Source of the DNA: Lingula anatina
Lineage: Eukaryota; Animalia; Brachiopoda
Direction of reading: 5' to 3'
Assembly (NCBI GenBank): GCA_051362555.1
Contig: CM120647.1
Span: 13,368,651 to 13,432,650 of the forward strand
Length of the DNA: 64,000 nucleotides
This document shows, in pieces, positions 1-13,742 of this stretch. The notes under the pieces were generated by a model that was not told the DNA's origin, made no database searches, and was given only the letters and a program-made list of their open reading frames with translations. The first letter of the stretch is position 1; the number at the start of each line of letters is the position of its first letter. The position numbers and the translations under genes were made by a program.

Positions 1-841
1 TGCCCCAAACCTGGTTCTTTTCTGTGTAAATTAAAACTGTAAGGTTCTGTATATATATATATATATATTAGGTAGCCTGCTTTCAGTTTTGCTGCTACCG
101 CTCAATAGGAATGTTCTTATTTTAAGACTTCATGACTTTAAAAAACAGTATTTTTTAAAATTCACAATTTGTCCCATTGAAACGTTCAAGTCATTCATTA
201 CTGTAGTCAATGGTCAGTGAAATTAGGAATATATCACATAGATATACACTGTGCCAGTATTCATAAACAGGCATAGGAATGCACCAATCATAGATTTTAT
301 GATTCTTATTTAATATTTCAGAATCTCCTGAGAACAAAGGCAGCAGTGTTTGTGATATAAAAAAGCTTTTCCGCTTATTAACCATTCCTGATGTGGGGTT
401 CTTTCTTGCAGTAAAAGCTTTATCAGGTTTGTATGTAACCTCTGTGAAATTTGTTACTTTGTAGGTGCATGGGCAAAACTTTTAGCAGTTTCTGTTTATA
501 GCCATTTGTCCTTCTGTTATGTATGGTAAAATATTAAAAACATAAAAGGTGTGAGACACTGAAATAGCAAAATTTAATGCACCACTTCTTTTTGATTGCT
601 AATCAGGTATACCACATTCAAATCTGTTCTCAGAATTACAATCTATAATCTGTTTTTGAGAACAACTTTGGATAGGATATACCTTAATTGGTGGCAAAAC
701 AATAACTATTGAAATATTCAGAAAAACTGACATTTTTGCTACTCAGTAAACAAAGCAGGGATGATATATTTTGACTATTGGTAGATCTCTGACAAACTGT
801 TTATGTGTACACTTAACACTTTCTTTTCTATGTTTTCTCAG

Positions 842-2917
842 GAATGCCGTATGCTGTATTCCAGTCCATGTTCCCAGTGGTGGCAATGACAGTGTTTAAT
901 TTACCTGCAGATAAAAATGGATATATTTTATCTTATCAGGCAGTTTTAACGATGGTAATGGTTTTGTGTAGCTACTTGTATACCTGTAGGATACATTTAA
1001 AAAGTAAAAGGAAAACCTAGATAATGAACACAACTACGTCTCTGTAAAGTTAACAGTATATGACAGTATGGCCCTGCCTCCACATGCGCCGTCGCTGCAG
1101 GGGCCTAGCAGTTAAACCTCGGAGCCAAGATCTAATCCTTTTAATAGCGTGTGTTGAGGTGGGGGACCATCAGGAATCGGCACCATCTCTTTTGAAGTGT
1201 GGTTGACCATATTTAGTTGGTGTATCAGTTAGTACTCGGATCATCTATTCTGAACGGGTCCTATGCCTGACATATTTTTGGCCCTGATTTAGACTGGCTG
1301 TAGATGTTTTCACCTCCTTGGGGAGGATATACTCAACCTGCCATGTGAGATTTTCCATTGACTCTTGAGATTTTTCATTGACTCTCGTCTAATGATGATA
1401 AAATGTTTAACTTGTCTAAACAAGATGACTTCAATGAGTCAGTCATGTGACTAAGCCGTTTGAGGAAGAGTCAAAAAGCCATGCCTCATAGGTAGATAAA
1501 GTGAATGCAGTCTCTTTAGAAATCTTTCTTGTATACGTTTTATTAATGTAGGTACTATAATTTTTAACACAGATTTTGCACTTGATAATAAAATATACAG
1601 TATGTAAAATATATGATTCGAAGGTTTAACACCAAATATTCTGTAATTTTTTTTTTTTTTTTTTTATTATTCCAGCTCTCTCAAGGGTTTGGGGTTGGGT
1701 TTCTGACATCAAGATTCAGTGATGGTGCCCTCCTCAAGTTCTGCTTTGTGATATTTACCTTGTCATATTTATTAATGGTGAGGACATTTTACAGGTTTCA
1801 CTGCATATTTAAACTGCCAGTTCTATTGGTCATGACTTACAAAACTTTCAAGGACCAGTTGATCATTTTGCTCTGTCAGTAAGATGTGTGAAAAGTCTTC
1901 TGGTTTGGTAGATTATTTTTCATACATGTAACTGTTGAATGTCCGGTTGTTTTGAATAGAATAATCCACATTCTCCATAGAATTATTCCAGAAAAGAAAA
2001 ACATCATAGTATTATGATTATCTGAAGATTAATTTATCATATATTACTTATTTATCGCTTATTTATTTGTAGAACAATGCTGTTAGATGTCTATGTCCAT
2101 AATTGTACCTTACTTGTGAAATTGTAAATCAATCAAGAATCCTGACAGGCTCTGACTGATTGAACAGAATAATTCACAATCCTCTTGCAATCTTACAGAA
2201 AAAAAAGAGCATCATAGTATGATGATCATTGAAAGATTAATTAATGGTAAATCATCCTTAAACTTGCAGGCTCTGGTTAAGGACGTGATCCTAGTGTGTG
2301 TGGTGAGTACCCCCCTGACCATTGGTGTGGCGGTTCTCGTGGTGACCACTACCAGTGAGATGACCAAAGTGATACCAGAAGCAGATACAGGTAATAACAT
2401 CTGTAATATAACGTTGTTTGTGTTATGATGTAGTTAGTGGTCTGTGTCCATGATTAAAATTATCATTGAAAAAAATCTGTATGTATTATCCTTAATTTAA
2501 CAGGGAAATGATCAAAGTGATACCAGGAGCAGACACAGATAATAACATCTGTAATGAAACATTGTTATTTGTTTAAGGATGCAATTAGCCGTGTATGTCC
2601 ATGATAGAAGGTGCATATCAGTAACTTTTTTAGTGAAATATATTGATAGCCATATGCCTTATTATCTCTAAACTTACTGGGGTAATTTATAGCAGTTAAA
2701 TACAGGCCAAGTTTGAACATCAGGTTTATTGGACCATTTTTTCCTTGCAGGCTCCATTCTTGGTCTCTCAATGGCTGTAGATTCTCTAGGTGGTATCATC
2801 TCCCCGACACTGGGAGGGTTCTTACTGAAGACCGTGGGGTTCTACGCCTTTGGATATCAAGGCTGCATCTGTAGCCTCTTGGTTGCCATTGCACTCTTTT
2901 GGAAGCTGAAGGATTAA
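842..2917 (+). CDS. SLC22A18: SLC22A18-like MFS transporter, last four coding exons (5' part outside window)
   Basis: Exons 842-954 (GMPYAVFQSMFPVVAMTVFNLPADKNGYILSYQAVLTM), 1676-1777 (LSQGFGVGFLTSRFSDGALLKFCFVIFTLSYLLM), 2270-2390 (ALVKDVILVCVVSTPLTIGVAVLVVTTTSEMTKVIPEADT) and 2751-2917 (GSILGLSMAVDSLGGIISPTLGGFLLKTVGFYAFGYQGCICSLLVAIALFWKLKD*). All introns are GT-AG with compatible phases. The hydrophobic helices and TKV..DTG..LGL...P.LGG pattern match the SLC22A18 C-terminus as I recall it. Confidence 0.85.
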
Positions 2918-4071
2918 GGCATATGTCATCTATCTACCTGTCTGTCTGTCTGTCTGACTAGTATTTGTCATTTTAAAGTTACATTTGAATGTCTGTGGAG
3001 CGTGAGTTCCCAGTTACACATATAAACCACTTCTGTTAGTTTCTTATATGATTAAAATTAAGTTGACATGCCAAGGGATAAACCAAATTAATCACTGGAT
3101 CAGCCATAAGAGAGTTTTAAACTGCCCATTCAAATTTTTGTTGTAAATTTGACCTACTTATCTGCCCCATTGGTATACAGCACAGAATGCAAGCAGAAAA
3201 ATCAGTTCAAATTTTATTTTTGGGTTTTGGGTTTTGGGCTCATATTAAAATATGAAACAATGTCTTATGGTATTTCTGGAAGTTATACTATTTGAAACTA
3301 TATAGTGGCATTTGTTTGGCTTTTGTGGCAGAAATGACTTCAAATGGTACTTTTAAGTATGTATGTGGTGTGTGGTAGGATAGATACTAGATAGATAGAT
3401 AGATAGATAGATGGATATATACATTGAGAGAGATATGATTATACACATAACACCATACAATATTGATTAGCTAGTTAACTAGAGCGATCAACCCTAATTT
3501 TGAAGAAATCACTTTTTTTTTTTTTTTTTTTTTTTTTGCACAAGTTTTTTAATGTAAAAAATATGGATAGGGTCCTAGTAAATTTAATATAGTATTTGAC
3601 CTTAGCATAAACCTTTTTTGTGCTCTGAAATTGCTCATATTGTGCATTTAACATGCTCCTGCCCCTTTTAGAAAAGTAATTAAAAGCTGCTGTGCTATAC
3701 CTGCTATAATCATTTGTTCAAAAAAAAAAAAAAAAGATAAAAAATATGTCTACCTGTTCTATTTACACATAGTAACTACTCTTTTATTTATCAGTTAACA
3801 TATTAATTTTGTCTAGCCTAACATATATATATATTGTTGCATATATAATTTATTTTAAAAATTGGTTGAAGCAGCTTTTATATAATTATTTAATTTGTTG
3901 GTCTTCAATGCAGTCATTGCAGCTCATAATATCAAAAAAATAGTAGCTTAAAGGTGCTAGTATTGTTTGCTTTGGTGCTTATACATGTACATAAACCTTT
4001 ATCATGCTCAGAAGTACATCTAGGCTTTTGGCTCACTAAAATACACAAGACGTATTTTCCAGCCACTCACT

Positions 4072-4246
4072 GGCCTCGTTCAGAATAGGGGACTAACTAA
4101 TCCGAGGGTCAAATATGGCCGACCCACTTGAATACTTCCCCACGGGATATCTGTTTAGTGTCTAGTAGCAGAATAGACAGCAAGCCTTGTAGTGAGTCGG
4201 CATATTTGACTCTCGGACTAGTTAGTCCCCTATTCTGAATGGGGCC
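4072..4246. mobile_element. MITE family 1 (PIF/Harbinger Tourist-like), about 175 bp
   Basis: About 55-bp imperfect TIRs GGCCYCRTTCAGAATAGGGGACTAACTA..GAGGGTCAAATATGGCCGACCCAC; near-identical copies at 10307 and 31525. Confidence 0.85.
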
Positions 4247-5316
4247 ATACTATAAGAATCTCTTAGTTCCTACAACTGTGTGTATCACTTCACTGTGTTT
4301 AAAACTCAAGAATACTCTTTAAGTGTAACTTTTCAGTCCAAAGATTTATATTGGGTTAAGCCGTGTGAACATCAACGTATATTCTTTGTATTATCACTGC
4401 CCTTGAAATTGTGAAAATGAAGAGGAAGATAAAAGGGTGTATAAACATTTTACCTCATACATACCGGTGCTCATAGCTTTTACATGTACAGCTTTTACAT
4501 TATGGTTTCCTAAAAGGGAAAACGGAAAACTGAACAAATATGACTGTACATAAACAAGAAATTTGTCAATTAGCCCTTGGACAATAGGGACGTCTGAAAA
4601 ATATGGCTGTTACAGTATATATGTTTGTTATTTATAAGTTTCATTTAATCTCTGTAGCTAGTGAAAATTAGGGGACACAAAAACAAATCTTGTTAAAAGT
4701 TTTCATGTTTTTAGTTTTTGATATGTTTATTGTTTTGTCAACTACTGTATAAGTAATGTCTGTCTCAGAAAGTTTTGTCTGCTCAAAGCAAAAGTATGTA
4801 ACCACCACGTGGCCTAAAGCTTTATGCACTTAAATCTCTGTCCTCTCTGCCACGTGGCATAGTCACGTGCTAGTCACGTGCTAGTCAAGTGACTCGAACT
4901 ACAATATTAAGTGGGTGCCGGTTTCCCAAACGACTCTTAGTCGAAAGTTACTCTTAGTTTTAAGAAATGCATTGTTAATTTGAAACCAAGATACGTATAG
5001 GTCAGTCGCAATGTAATCCAGGAGTTACGTCAGTTATTCAAATATTCATATTTGCAATGATCGTAGATAAGAACTCGTACGTGTATTTGTACACCCGCGT
5101 GAGGTGAAGGGTCAATAATAATATTTTATTACGTTATTGAATTCCATTATCTCTTTATTAACGATAAATGCTCCTAGTTATGGAGATTTTGTAATACTAC
5201 TCCTACTTGCAGCTGTTAACTAACCTGACATTAAAAACCTACCAAAATTATTGTATTGCAGATTGTTTTTATTTATAATGTATTAGTTGTTCATTGACTG
5301 AGATATTTGTTTGTTT

Positions 5317-5352
<36 letters not shown>

Positions 5353-6671
5353 GAGAAGAGGCTTTTGTCACATGAGATATAAGCCCACACTTTCGATGTC
5401 GGAAATCATGAAACACGAGTGTTTCTTTAAAAAAAATGCCTGATGTTCGCTAACCAATTGCATCCTAAATAGGGTCTGATGAAAGGAATGCAACTCGGTC
5501 AGAAGGATGTGAGAGTGCAATTGCTCACTTTATCTCCACTATCACAATACTCCGTGCTTTGGTAGACGTTCATCTCAATCACAATGTTTTTGTGACGAAG
5601 CCATTACTATGACTTTCGCCAAGGACGTAATGTTTTTACCTTTGTTGGGTTACTTGTTTACAGTCTAACTCACAAAGTAATAGGCAGATTTCGATATCAT
5701 TTTCAGGATAGGTCGGAAACGGGCTAAGAATGGAACATTTTTATGGTTGTCCATTAGTTAATTAATTCATTATTGTAATAATTATTATTACTATTTTTTA
5801 TTATGTTTAGTTCTGTGATTGATTATTTTTGTAACTATGAAAATCAAACAAACTGACATTTATTGAAGAAGAGATATTTATTGAACATTCGACAAATAGG
5901 ATATAGTAAAGGCAGCTTTTTTCTTTTAATTTCATATAAAAATTAATAAATGTGATCTTATGATTATACCAAAAAGGCAATGGTTATCTTGAAGATTGGT
6001 TACACACAGTATATACACATAATCTTTCTTACTTGTCCAAATTTCGTATATGACACAAGTGTATAAATAACTAGAAAAGGCTAAAGAACTTTACTGCCTG
6101 TTCTTCTCTTTCCATCATCGAGATGAATGAGACAAAATGCGTGTACTTCATTAAGGAATAGTGCCCCACTGCAAAGACTATGCTTTCCGATCTTCACGTA
6201 ATGTATGACATTTATTTAATTAAATATCATTATTTTATTAATCATCATGGGGACAGGGTAGAAAATGGAAGCTCCTTATGAAATGCACCAAAGAAGAGGG
6301 ACACAAACCGTGACGGGTATTATTCCATGAACATATTTCCAGCGCAAGTCACGAATCGATTTGTATATTCATACCGGATATTTATAACGTATGCATGTCT
6401 TTTTTCTCAAAATCAAATTATTAATCCATCTTTTCTTCCGAAAGGCAGTGGCATCCATTTAATGTCCACATGCATACATATATTTATATCAGGCTTCCCG
6501 CCCCGAGTTTCAGAAAAAGCTAAAACCTGTACCGAAACGGGTAGAGGCACGTTGATAATTAAGGCGTTTCCAGTAACCTCTGGAACACAGGGTGTACCAC
6601 TAATGAACCAGGCTAGATACATGTGGTACCCTGAGGTTCAGAGATTGCTGGTGACTTTAGAGACATGTAGC

Positions 6672-6714
<43 letters not shown>

Positions 6715-7711
6715 GTTCCACCAATCGTTGACTGAAACTCGGGGTACTATCTAGTCTGGTTCGGTCATTGGGCCAGACTCTTTCTGAATCATTAATTTGA
6801 GCTTATGGTGCCGGATCCGAAGAGCAGAGGGCAGCTCCAATTAAAATACAACACGTTTCACGTGTTTTTACCTCCTGTCTCAATATTATGTCATTGGTCT
6901 CAATGTTATTTGGCATACGGCGCTAAATGCGTCCAATATTGAACACCATATCATGTCGGGTCAGAAGAGACGCCATTATGGTGATCTTCAGGCCATCACC
7001 TAAATAATGTTGTTCGCAGGCACTCGTGTCCAATCATGGTGAGACATTGTTATTCTAGCCTAGAATCTAACATATGATGGATCCGAGTTCTAGCTATTGA
7101 AAAGGTACAACCTGTCATGGTGTCTTATGTCATGTGACATGGCAGACGCAGGGTTCACGTCTGTCACCTTTGCTGTCATAAAAAAGAGTGTACGTTGGAC
7201 TCTTTTGATGCTAGAAGACAGTCATCCTAGACGCAGGTGCCAGGTTCGGTACATTTGCTGTTTTAAAAAGTGTAACCGCCTAACACCTCTAATGTCAGGA
7301 GACACGGGAAACACATTTTTGTCTGATCAATTTTCCTGCTGTGTCAAGAGATATCGCAGCGTCCCCAACCGGCGTTTTGTATGTAGTCCATTTGCTACAA
7401 ACGCAGAATCTTTCAGGATCTTTCATCATTAAGCTCTTCATTACGCTGATCATACCATGTCATATCATGTGATATCGCCGACATTTAAGAACACCACATA
7501 AACATTAAACGCGTTCCACCTTTGTGTGATAGCGGTTCTTTATTTCCTCTTTTACCCAGAGTTAGCCCTGCGCCCTAAAGTTGTGGGTGTCAGAGCATGG
7601 AAATGTAACTGGAATAGGAAAAAATGAGATAGACGAATTAAATATCAGGTAAAGCGTGCGGGTTTAGACATGGAGCTTTCTGCATGTATGTCTCATTCGC
7701 ATTTAAATGAA

Positions 7712-7742
<31 letters not shown>

Positions 7743-7902
7743 ATAGACCAGATTTTGTCACACCATCTTCCTTTTAGGTAGGACTACATGTACATCTGTG
7801 CAACAATTTAAAAAAAAAATCAGCTATATGAAAGAAGCACCTTCAACAAATGTCTACATATTTATCTATCAAGTTATTATTAATAATAAATTAATCAAAA
7901 AG

Positions 7903-7908
<6 letters not shown>

Positions 7909-7974
<66 letters not shown>
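7909..7974 (+). repeat. (AAT)n microsatellite
   Basis: Pure AAT run. Other SSRs include (TC)n 5319-5350, (AG)n 6675-6710, (AAAT)n 29286-29329 and (TTAG/TAAG)n 37533-37601. Confidence 0.95.
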
Positions 7975-7975
<1 letters not shown>

Positions 7976-10306
7976 TTATAAATGTTACCATCTAAAATAT
8001 TCCAATATATATATATATATATATTTCATAGTGCTTCTATAAGTTCTGATATTTTAATAACAATCATTATTATTCATATAATAATAATAATTATTCTTTT
8101 TTTTTGTCTTTTTTTTTCTTTTTTTTTTTTTTTTTTTTTTTGCACACCTTGCTCACCTTGTCTGGTCCGTTAGTGGTTACGTCACATGAAGTGGGACTGT
8201 TTCAGGCAGCCGCTCATTTTTGTTTAGCTGCAAGTAAAAGAAAAAATTCCGTAGATAGAAAAAACGTATTTTATCGCTGTAGTCAGAAAAATGTTCAATT
8301 TTTGTTGCACTGCAAGACGTAATGTGATAAATATTGCATGTTTTAATCTGACCAGGAAGTATTTTGTTAGAAACGGCTGTCGTTGAGAAAATGTATGAAT
8401 AAATAAAACAAAAATGTAAATATTGAATAACAGGAGCTAATAAAACAAAAGGATAAAAGTTGTGAAGAAATATAAAGGCATTATTTACACAATAAATCAC
8501 ATAACAATCCAATCAAATATTAATTCAAATTGATGAGTAAATCAAATAGATGAGTCCTCATAACTATGATCAAGTACATTTTAATATTAAATGAAAAAGT
8601 GACCAAGTGGCCAAGAAGGGGAATCGTTCAAATTTCCCCTGTTTAGTATCATTTAGCTTGAACAAAGACATTCACACTACAACAAAAGCGAGACGCGACG
8701 CATCTCGGTATACAAGTCAATAGCACGTGTTGTGGAGCTAATCTGACTTCTGTATTAAGACTACCGGCTGTGTTTGGAGATCAGCAAACGCCACACCGGA
8801 GACCTGTTCCCCAAACAATTTCAACAAGCGGTTATAACTATCGATCCGTCATTCAAACACAGAGAGCTTAAAACGTCGATATGAAGTGCTGTCTCTTTCT
8901 CTGCTACGCTTCATAAAACAGAAGCTGATTATTCAGGATATTGCAAATACTGGTATAAAGAGCAATCCCTTTTGTTTGCTTGGGACTATTATGTTTGCTA
9001 CTGTACGGAGATTACAAGTTAGGATATTGAATGCGTCGACATTAAGGGTTGCCTTTTCTCTGTTACGAACACGTAAAATGGCAAATGACAGCTGAGGATG
9101 TTATTCTTGTTGACAAAAATCGCGTGCATTCCTCTTAACGTGCAAGCCATGCACCGCGATAGGGAGCACGTGCTATCTTATCTTTCTTAAGTTCAACTCG
9201 TGTGATACTTAAACTTGGTTATACTCAACCGTCTTCCTCAATTTCTTTGCAGATTCATTACTCACTGTACTTACTTTTTATGTAGCAACGTACAGATGTC
9301 ATATTGCAACATCTTATTTAGCTTTCATCATGAAGATAGTAAACTATCCGCCTTCTTTTGCTTTGCCTTTTTTATTCGCATGGAGAAAGACCACTATAAA
9401 GAAGACTGTATTGAATATATCGTTTTTCATTGTCATATTCAATTTCTGCGTGGAGGCTGAACGTTGGGATGATAAAACGTTCATCAGAAAAAAAAATCAC
9501 TTTCAGTAATAGGTGTTTTGTCAATAGTCATGATATACGCATGTCATGACACATATAGCATCATGGATCCATTTAAAAAATATCGAATTAAAAAGGCCCC
9601 TAAAATGTGAAGATTAAAAGGACGAACTGATGTTCCTACTGTTATAAAACAAAATATGCACAGGTGATAATGTTTTATGATAATAAAACTTTGTAAAATG
9701 AATAATTATTTTTCTTTTTCTTTTTTGTCGCTATATATTTATCGAAACTCGCGCAAGGGTTACACTGAGTATTCAGATATGAAAATGTCAAAACTGAATT
9801 AGTCCTGAAACTGCTTGGAATAAACAGCCTTGTATTTTACCATGGAGTCTATACCTCCGCTAAATGTGTTCTGGCCTGACGCTACGGTGGTACTGTACCC
9901 CGTATTTCTGTATTTCAATCATAAGCGTGTATATATATACTATAATACATTAACAGGTTTCATAAATCGCACTGGCATCGAAGTAAAATATTCATAACCA
10001 TTACAAAAGCAATGGCTGTATAAAGGCTATGCATTGGAATACATGTACAGTATCACAAAACTGTGAAGATGCACCATCGCACTAATAGGTATTGGTTCAG
10101 CCAGCCTAATAATGAAATAGATGCGGGTGTCCATTATTGATATTCTCCATACCGCCTTTACTGCTTTCTACAATATAATGCAGATGAATTAGGATAATTG
10201 ATATAAATTTTGTCGCCAAACGGACAGGGAGCATGCAATCACTAATGGGTTTGGGTAGCATCTGTGACCGACCTCAGTATTGATTCTGGTCATTATTTGG
10301 ATGTAA

Positions 10307-10481
10307 GGCCCCATTCAGAATAGGGGAACAACAAGTCCGAGAGTCAAATATGGCCGACCCACTTAAATACTTCCCCTCGGGATATCTATACAAAGTCTAT
10401 TAGCGGATTAGACTGCAAGCTTGGTAGTGGGTCGCCATACTTGACCCTCGGACTAGTTAGTCCCCTATTCTGAATGGAGCC
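10307..10481. mobile_element. MITE family 1 copy with TAA target-site duplication
   Basis: TAA|GGCCCCATTCAGAATAGGGG...CCCCTATTCTGAATGGAGCC|TAA. Confidence 0.9.
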
Positions 10482-11040
10482 TAAAATAGCACTTGAATTC
10501 TTCACTATGCTGACATATGCTGGTGAAACCCACGTTATATTGTAGAATTGCCCCTGAAAGCTTTCTGTTGTTAAATATGAACAACATAACATCATTTTAT
10601 TCTTTGTCATATATGATCATATGTAACTATTGTAAGTTCAGAATATACACTGTATCAGTGTGGCATTTTAATTTTAAAAAAGCGCCATGAAACGAAGATG
10701 ACAATAACAATATAATAAACCTGCAGCAATGTTGACATAATTGTAGAAAACTGTATCGTATTCAACAATATTTTCGGACAATTGTGCATATGCCGAACGA
10801 TATTAGGCGCAACAATAAGGTGATACAATAAATGCGAGGCGGTGCAATACAACTTCAGTGCACTTTAACATTTTGTTTGACAATGTATGAAACAATGTAA
10901 CCAACTGAGCTGCGTTACAAGCATATATCTTGGCAATCCGCAAAACAATGTATCAAACTTCTTTATAATATGAAGCAGAAAGCCTATGATGTTCAGACCA
11001 TAAGTCGAGCGAAGCATTTTGGGTAACAAAAATCAATGCA

Positions 11041-11163
11041 AATGCAATGCAAAAATTTAAAATGAACTGCAATAGTATATACAATAGTTTGATACAATAC
11101 TTAATGCAATGCAAAAAATTATAATGAACTACAATAGTATATACAATAGTTGATACAATAACT
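11041..11163 (+). repeat. Tandem duplication, about 62-bp unit x2
   Basis: AATGCAATGCAAAAA..AATGAACTRCAATAGTATATACAATAGTT(T)GATACAATA occurs twice. Confidence 0.85.
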
Positions 11164-13484
11164 GCAATATATGAGACGTTCCTATGGCGTCATATTTTAA
11201 TTATCACAAAATCTAAAGCAATACTTATAACTGCAAAGTGACTGCTACGCGACAGCAAGCAACTGGGTCACGATACTTTCAAACCATAGTATTTACTTGT
11301 ACTAGTAATATACACTGTAATGGTTTTTAAAAATGTATAGTGCAAAAGAAAATATAAATATAATTAATAAATAAAACAGATAAATAAAAATAGGAATAAA
11401 TAAATCAATAAAATGACAATAAAAAAAATAAATGACGCATTTATTCCCTCATTTCTTTAGTGAGCATTGCTGAAGATACAATGGTGACAGTACAATATAT
11501 TTGCCAGATAAGCACAAACACTGTGAGCATAGAAATGCAGATAATACAGCAACGTGACGTCACTGGTAGACATCCAGGTCCCATTTCACACAGATTTAGA
11601 CACATGGTAGTCTTAACTTATGGACCGAAAAAGTCAGATAAGTTTGTCGACTTATAAATCGGTAGTAGTACGGTATTTGACCTTTTACGTTAAGTAACTT
11701 TTTTATTTTTGAATTTACCAAAAAAGTTTTTGATTAGGAGGAATTTGTACAGTAGCAGTAGGCCTACAATTTCTTGCACCACTATTCACTTTACAAACTA
11801 CTTACGGAAGAGTTAGACAAGGCTAACGTATTTTAGGGTTCTAGTTGTTTTATTTCAGCCATCATACTACTGCAGCTTTATCCTGTCAAAAGAAAGTACA
11901 ATAACAATACAAACAATGCTTAAAACTGAAACCACCATTTGACTTCTGTTCTGCTGTGAAACGGAACTCAGAATTTACCATATTTTTCTTCCCGGGATTT
12001 AATCTACTTACCGACATGTAAACCTTGGTAACAGATAAAAGATATGAGAGTAGGTGAATAGATGAAAAAAAATAATAAATACAATAAATAAATAAGCAAA
12101 CAACAAGTGAATAAATATAATAATATAAAAATAAGATAAGAAAATAAACAACAATAAAAATAATTTTAACTAGATAACTTAAAATTAAAAAAAAAAAAAA
12201 AACAGTAAATAAAATAAAATCAAGATAAAAAACACACCATAAAGTATACCCTTCATCGTAAGTAAGAGTGTAGGCACTCAAGTGTGCAGTTGGAACCACA
12301 ACAGTATTGAAAACAACAAAATTTAGAGGGAAGATGGACGCATTTGGTCATCTCGTCATAGGTAATCAGTAATATAAATATGGAATAATATAAAATAATA
12401 TACCAGCTTAATTAGCCTTACACAGTACGTACATGTATAAAGTCTATCTACTTTATTAGATTCTCTTAAGTAATCTACAGCTTTAGAACATTCCTGGTGT
12501 CGCCTAGAAGCTGGTGAGATAAAGAAAGATGCGGGAAAGCATGACTGACAGTACTGAAATGTAATACTATGACACTGTAGTAAATCACCCAGGGCGTTAT
12601 GTACAGTGTGTGTTTCATTGTTTTTTTTTTTATGTCTCCCCATCATCTTTTCCTATGTAAGTATATAAACAGTACTGGCAATTACCCTGAGTTATTCCGA
12701 GTCGTAGTTAACTTATCTTTTACTGTATCTCCATATGGGTGATCTATATCTCTCCAAATCTCCATGAAACCTATGGTTATGTACAGAACTCCCGGTATTT
12801 GGTGACATACAACTCTCTAATATCAAGGGGGGAGGGGGGCTCTGAAAAAGTACACAAAATTAGAGTATAAGCGATACAATAGGCCTAATTCCCATACAAT
12901 AATTTTGTAACATGCTTCGAGCGGACCCTGTGGCACGTACATGTACAGTAGGGAAAGATGCATCGAAACATAACACAAGTAACAAAGTTACCCCTGGACC
13001 CTTGGCTCACAAGAGCTGGAGGCAGCGACAAATGATGTTATTGATCCCGTAATTGCCTTGATCTGTCTGCAGGCAAATATTTGCTGCGGGCCTGGGTTCC
13101 AGTGAGAGATCAATACGTTATGCCAATGGTGAGTAAAAGTCGAGGAAGAGCTGCGAGAAATGTCTAAAATGGATCGCATTTTTTTTTTTTTTTTTTTGCA
13201 AACGTTTTCCGACGATGAGGAATAATAATCAAGAAGTAATGAAAAAAAAACTTATTCAATACAAATTTGGTGCTCTTATCTTGAAGATTTTTAAGACGCA
13301 TTTTGCTATTCAATATTACTGCCGATCAACTTTGGTGTAATCTTTTCCACTTTTCATGTTCACTTCTCATTTTTTAAATTTATACCTAAACTTCCTTGCT
13401 TTTTACATTTGTTTGTCTGAATGGCATAGCTTTTGAAACGCGTTTCACTTAAGTCTTTCACAGGTGTTCTTAGTGATTTTCTAA

Positions 13485-13742
13485 GGGCACATTCCAAATA
13501 AAACTATCGTTCTACGTAGACGGACCAACTCCGCGGAGACTCTTGCTGACTGCTGACTTGCTGACCACCAGATTACCAGACTGGCGTAAACTAGAATACA
13601 GAAGAGCTGGTGCTTATGCGAGTACGTTGGAAACAAAGGGAGGTGTGTTGATTTGTTAATCTGATTTCATTCAGCGAGAGAGAGAGTCCCAGAGGAGTTA
13701 AATCGATCTATGTATAACAGTAGTTTCATTTTGAATGGTCCC
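13485..13742. mobile_element. MITE family 2 copy
   Basis: GGGCACATTCCAAAT...ATTTTGAATGGTCCC ends; internal CTTGCTGACTGC, TAGAATACAGAA and CAGCGAGAG..GTCCC are shared with the 36764 copy. Confidence 0.7.

Noticed and set aside
6327-6731. 134-aa ORF
   Set aside because: No recognisable motif or supported splice structure, and it runs through an (AG)n microsatellite.
11886-12299. Hydrophobic 137-aa minus-strand ORF resembling a membrane protein
   Set aside because: Produced by A-rich low-complexity DNA.
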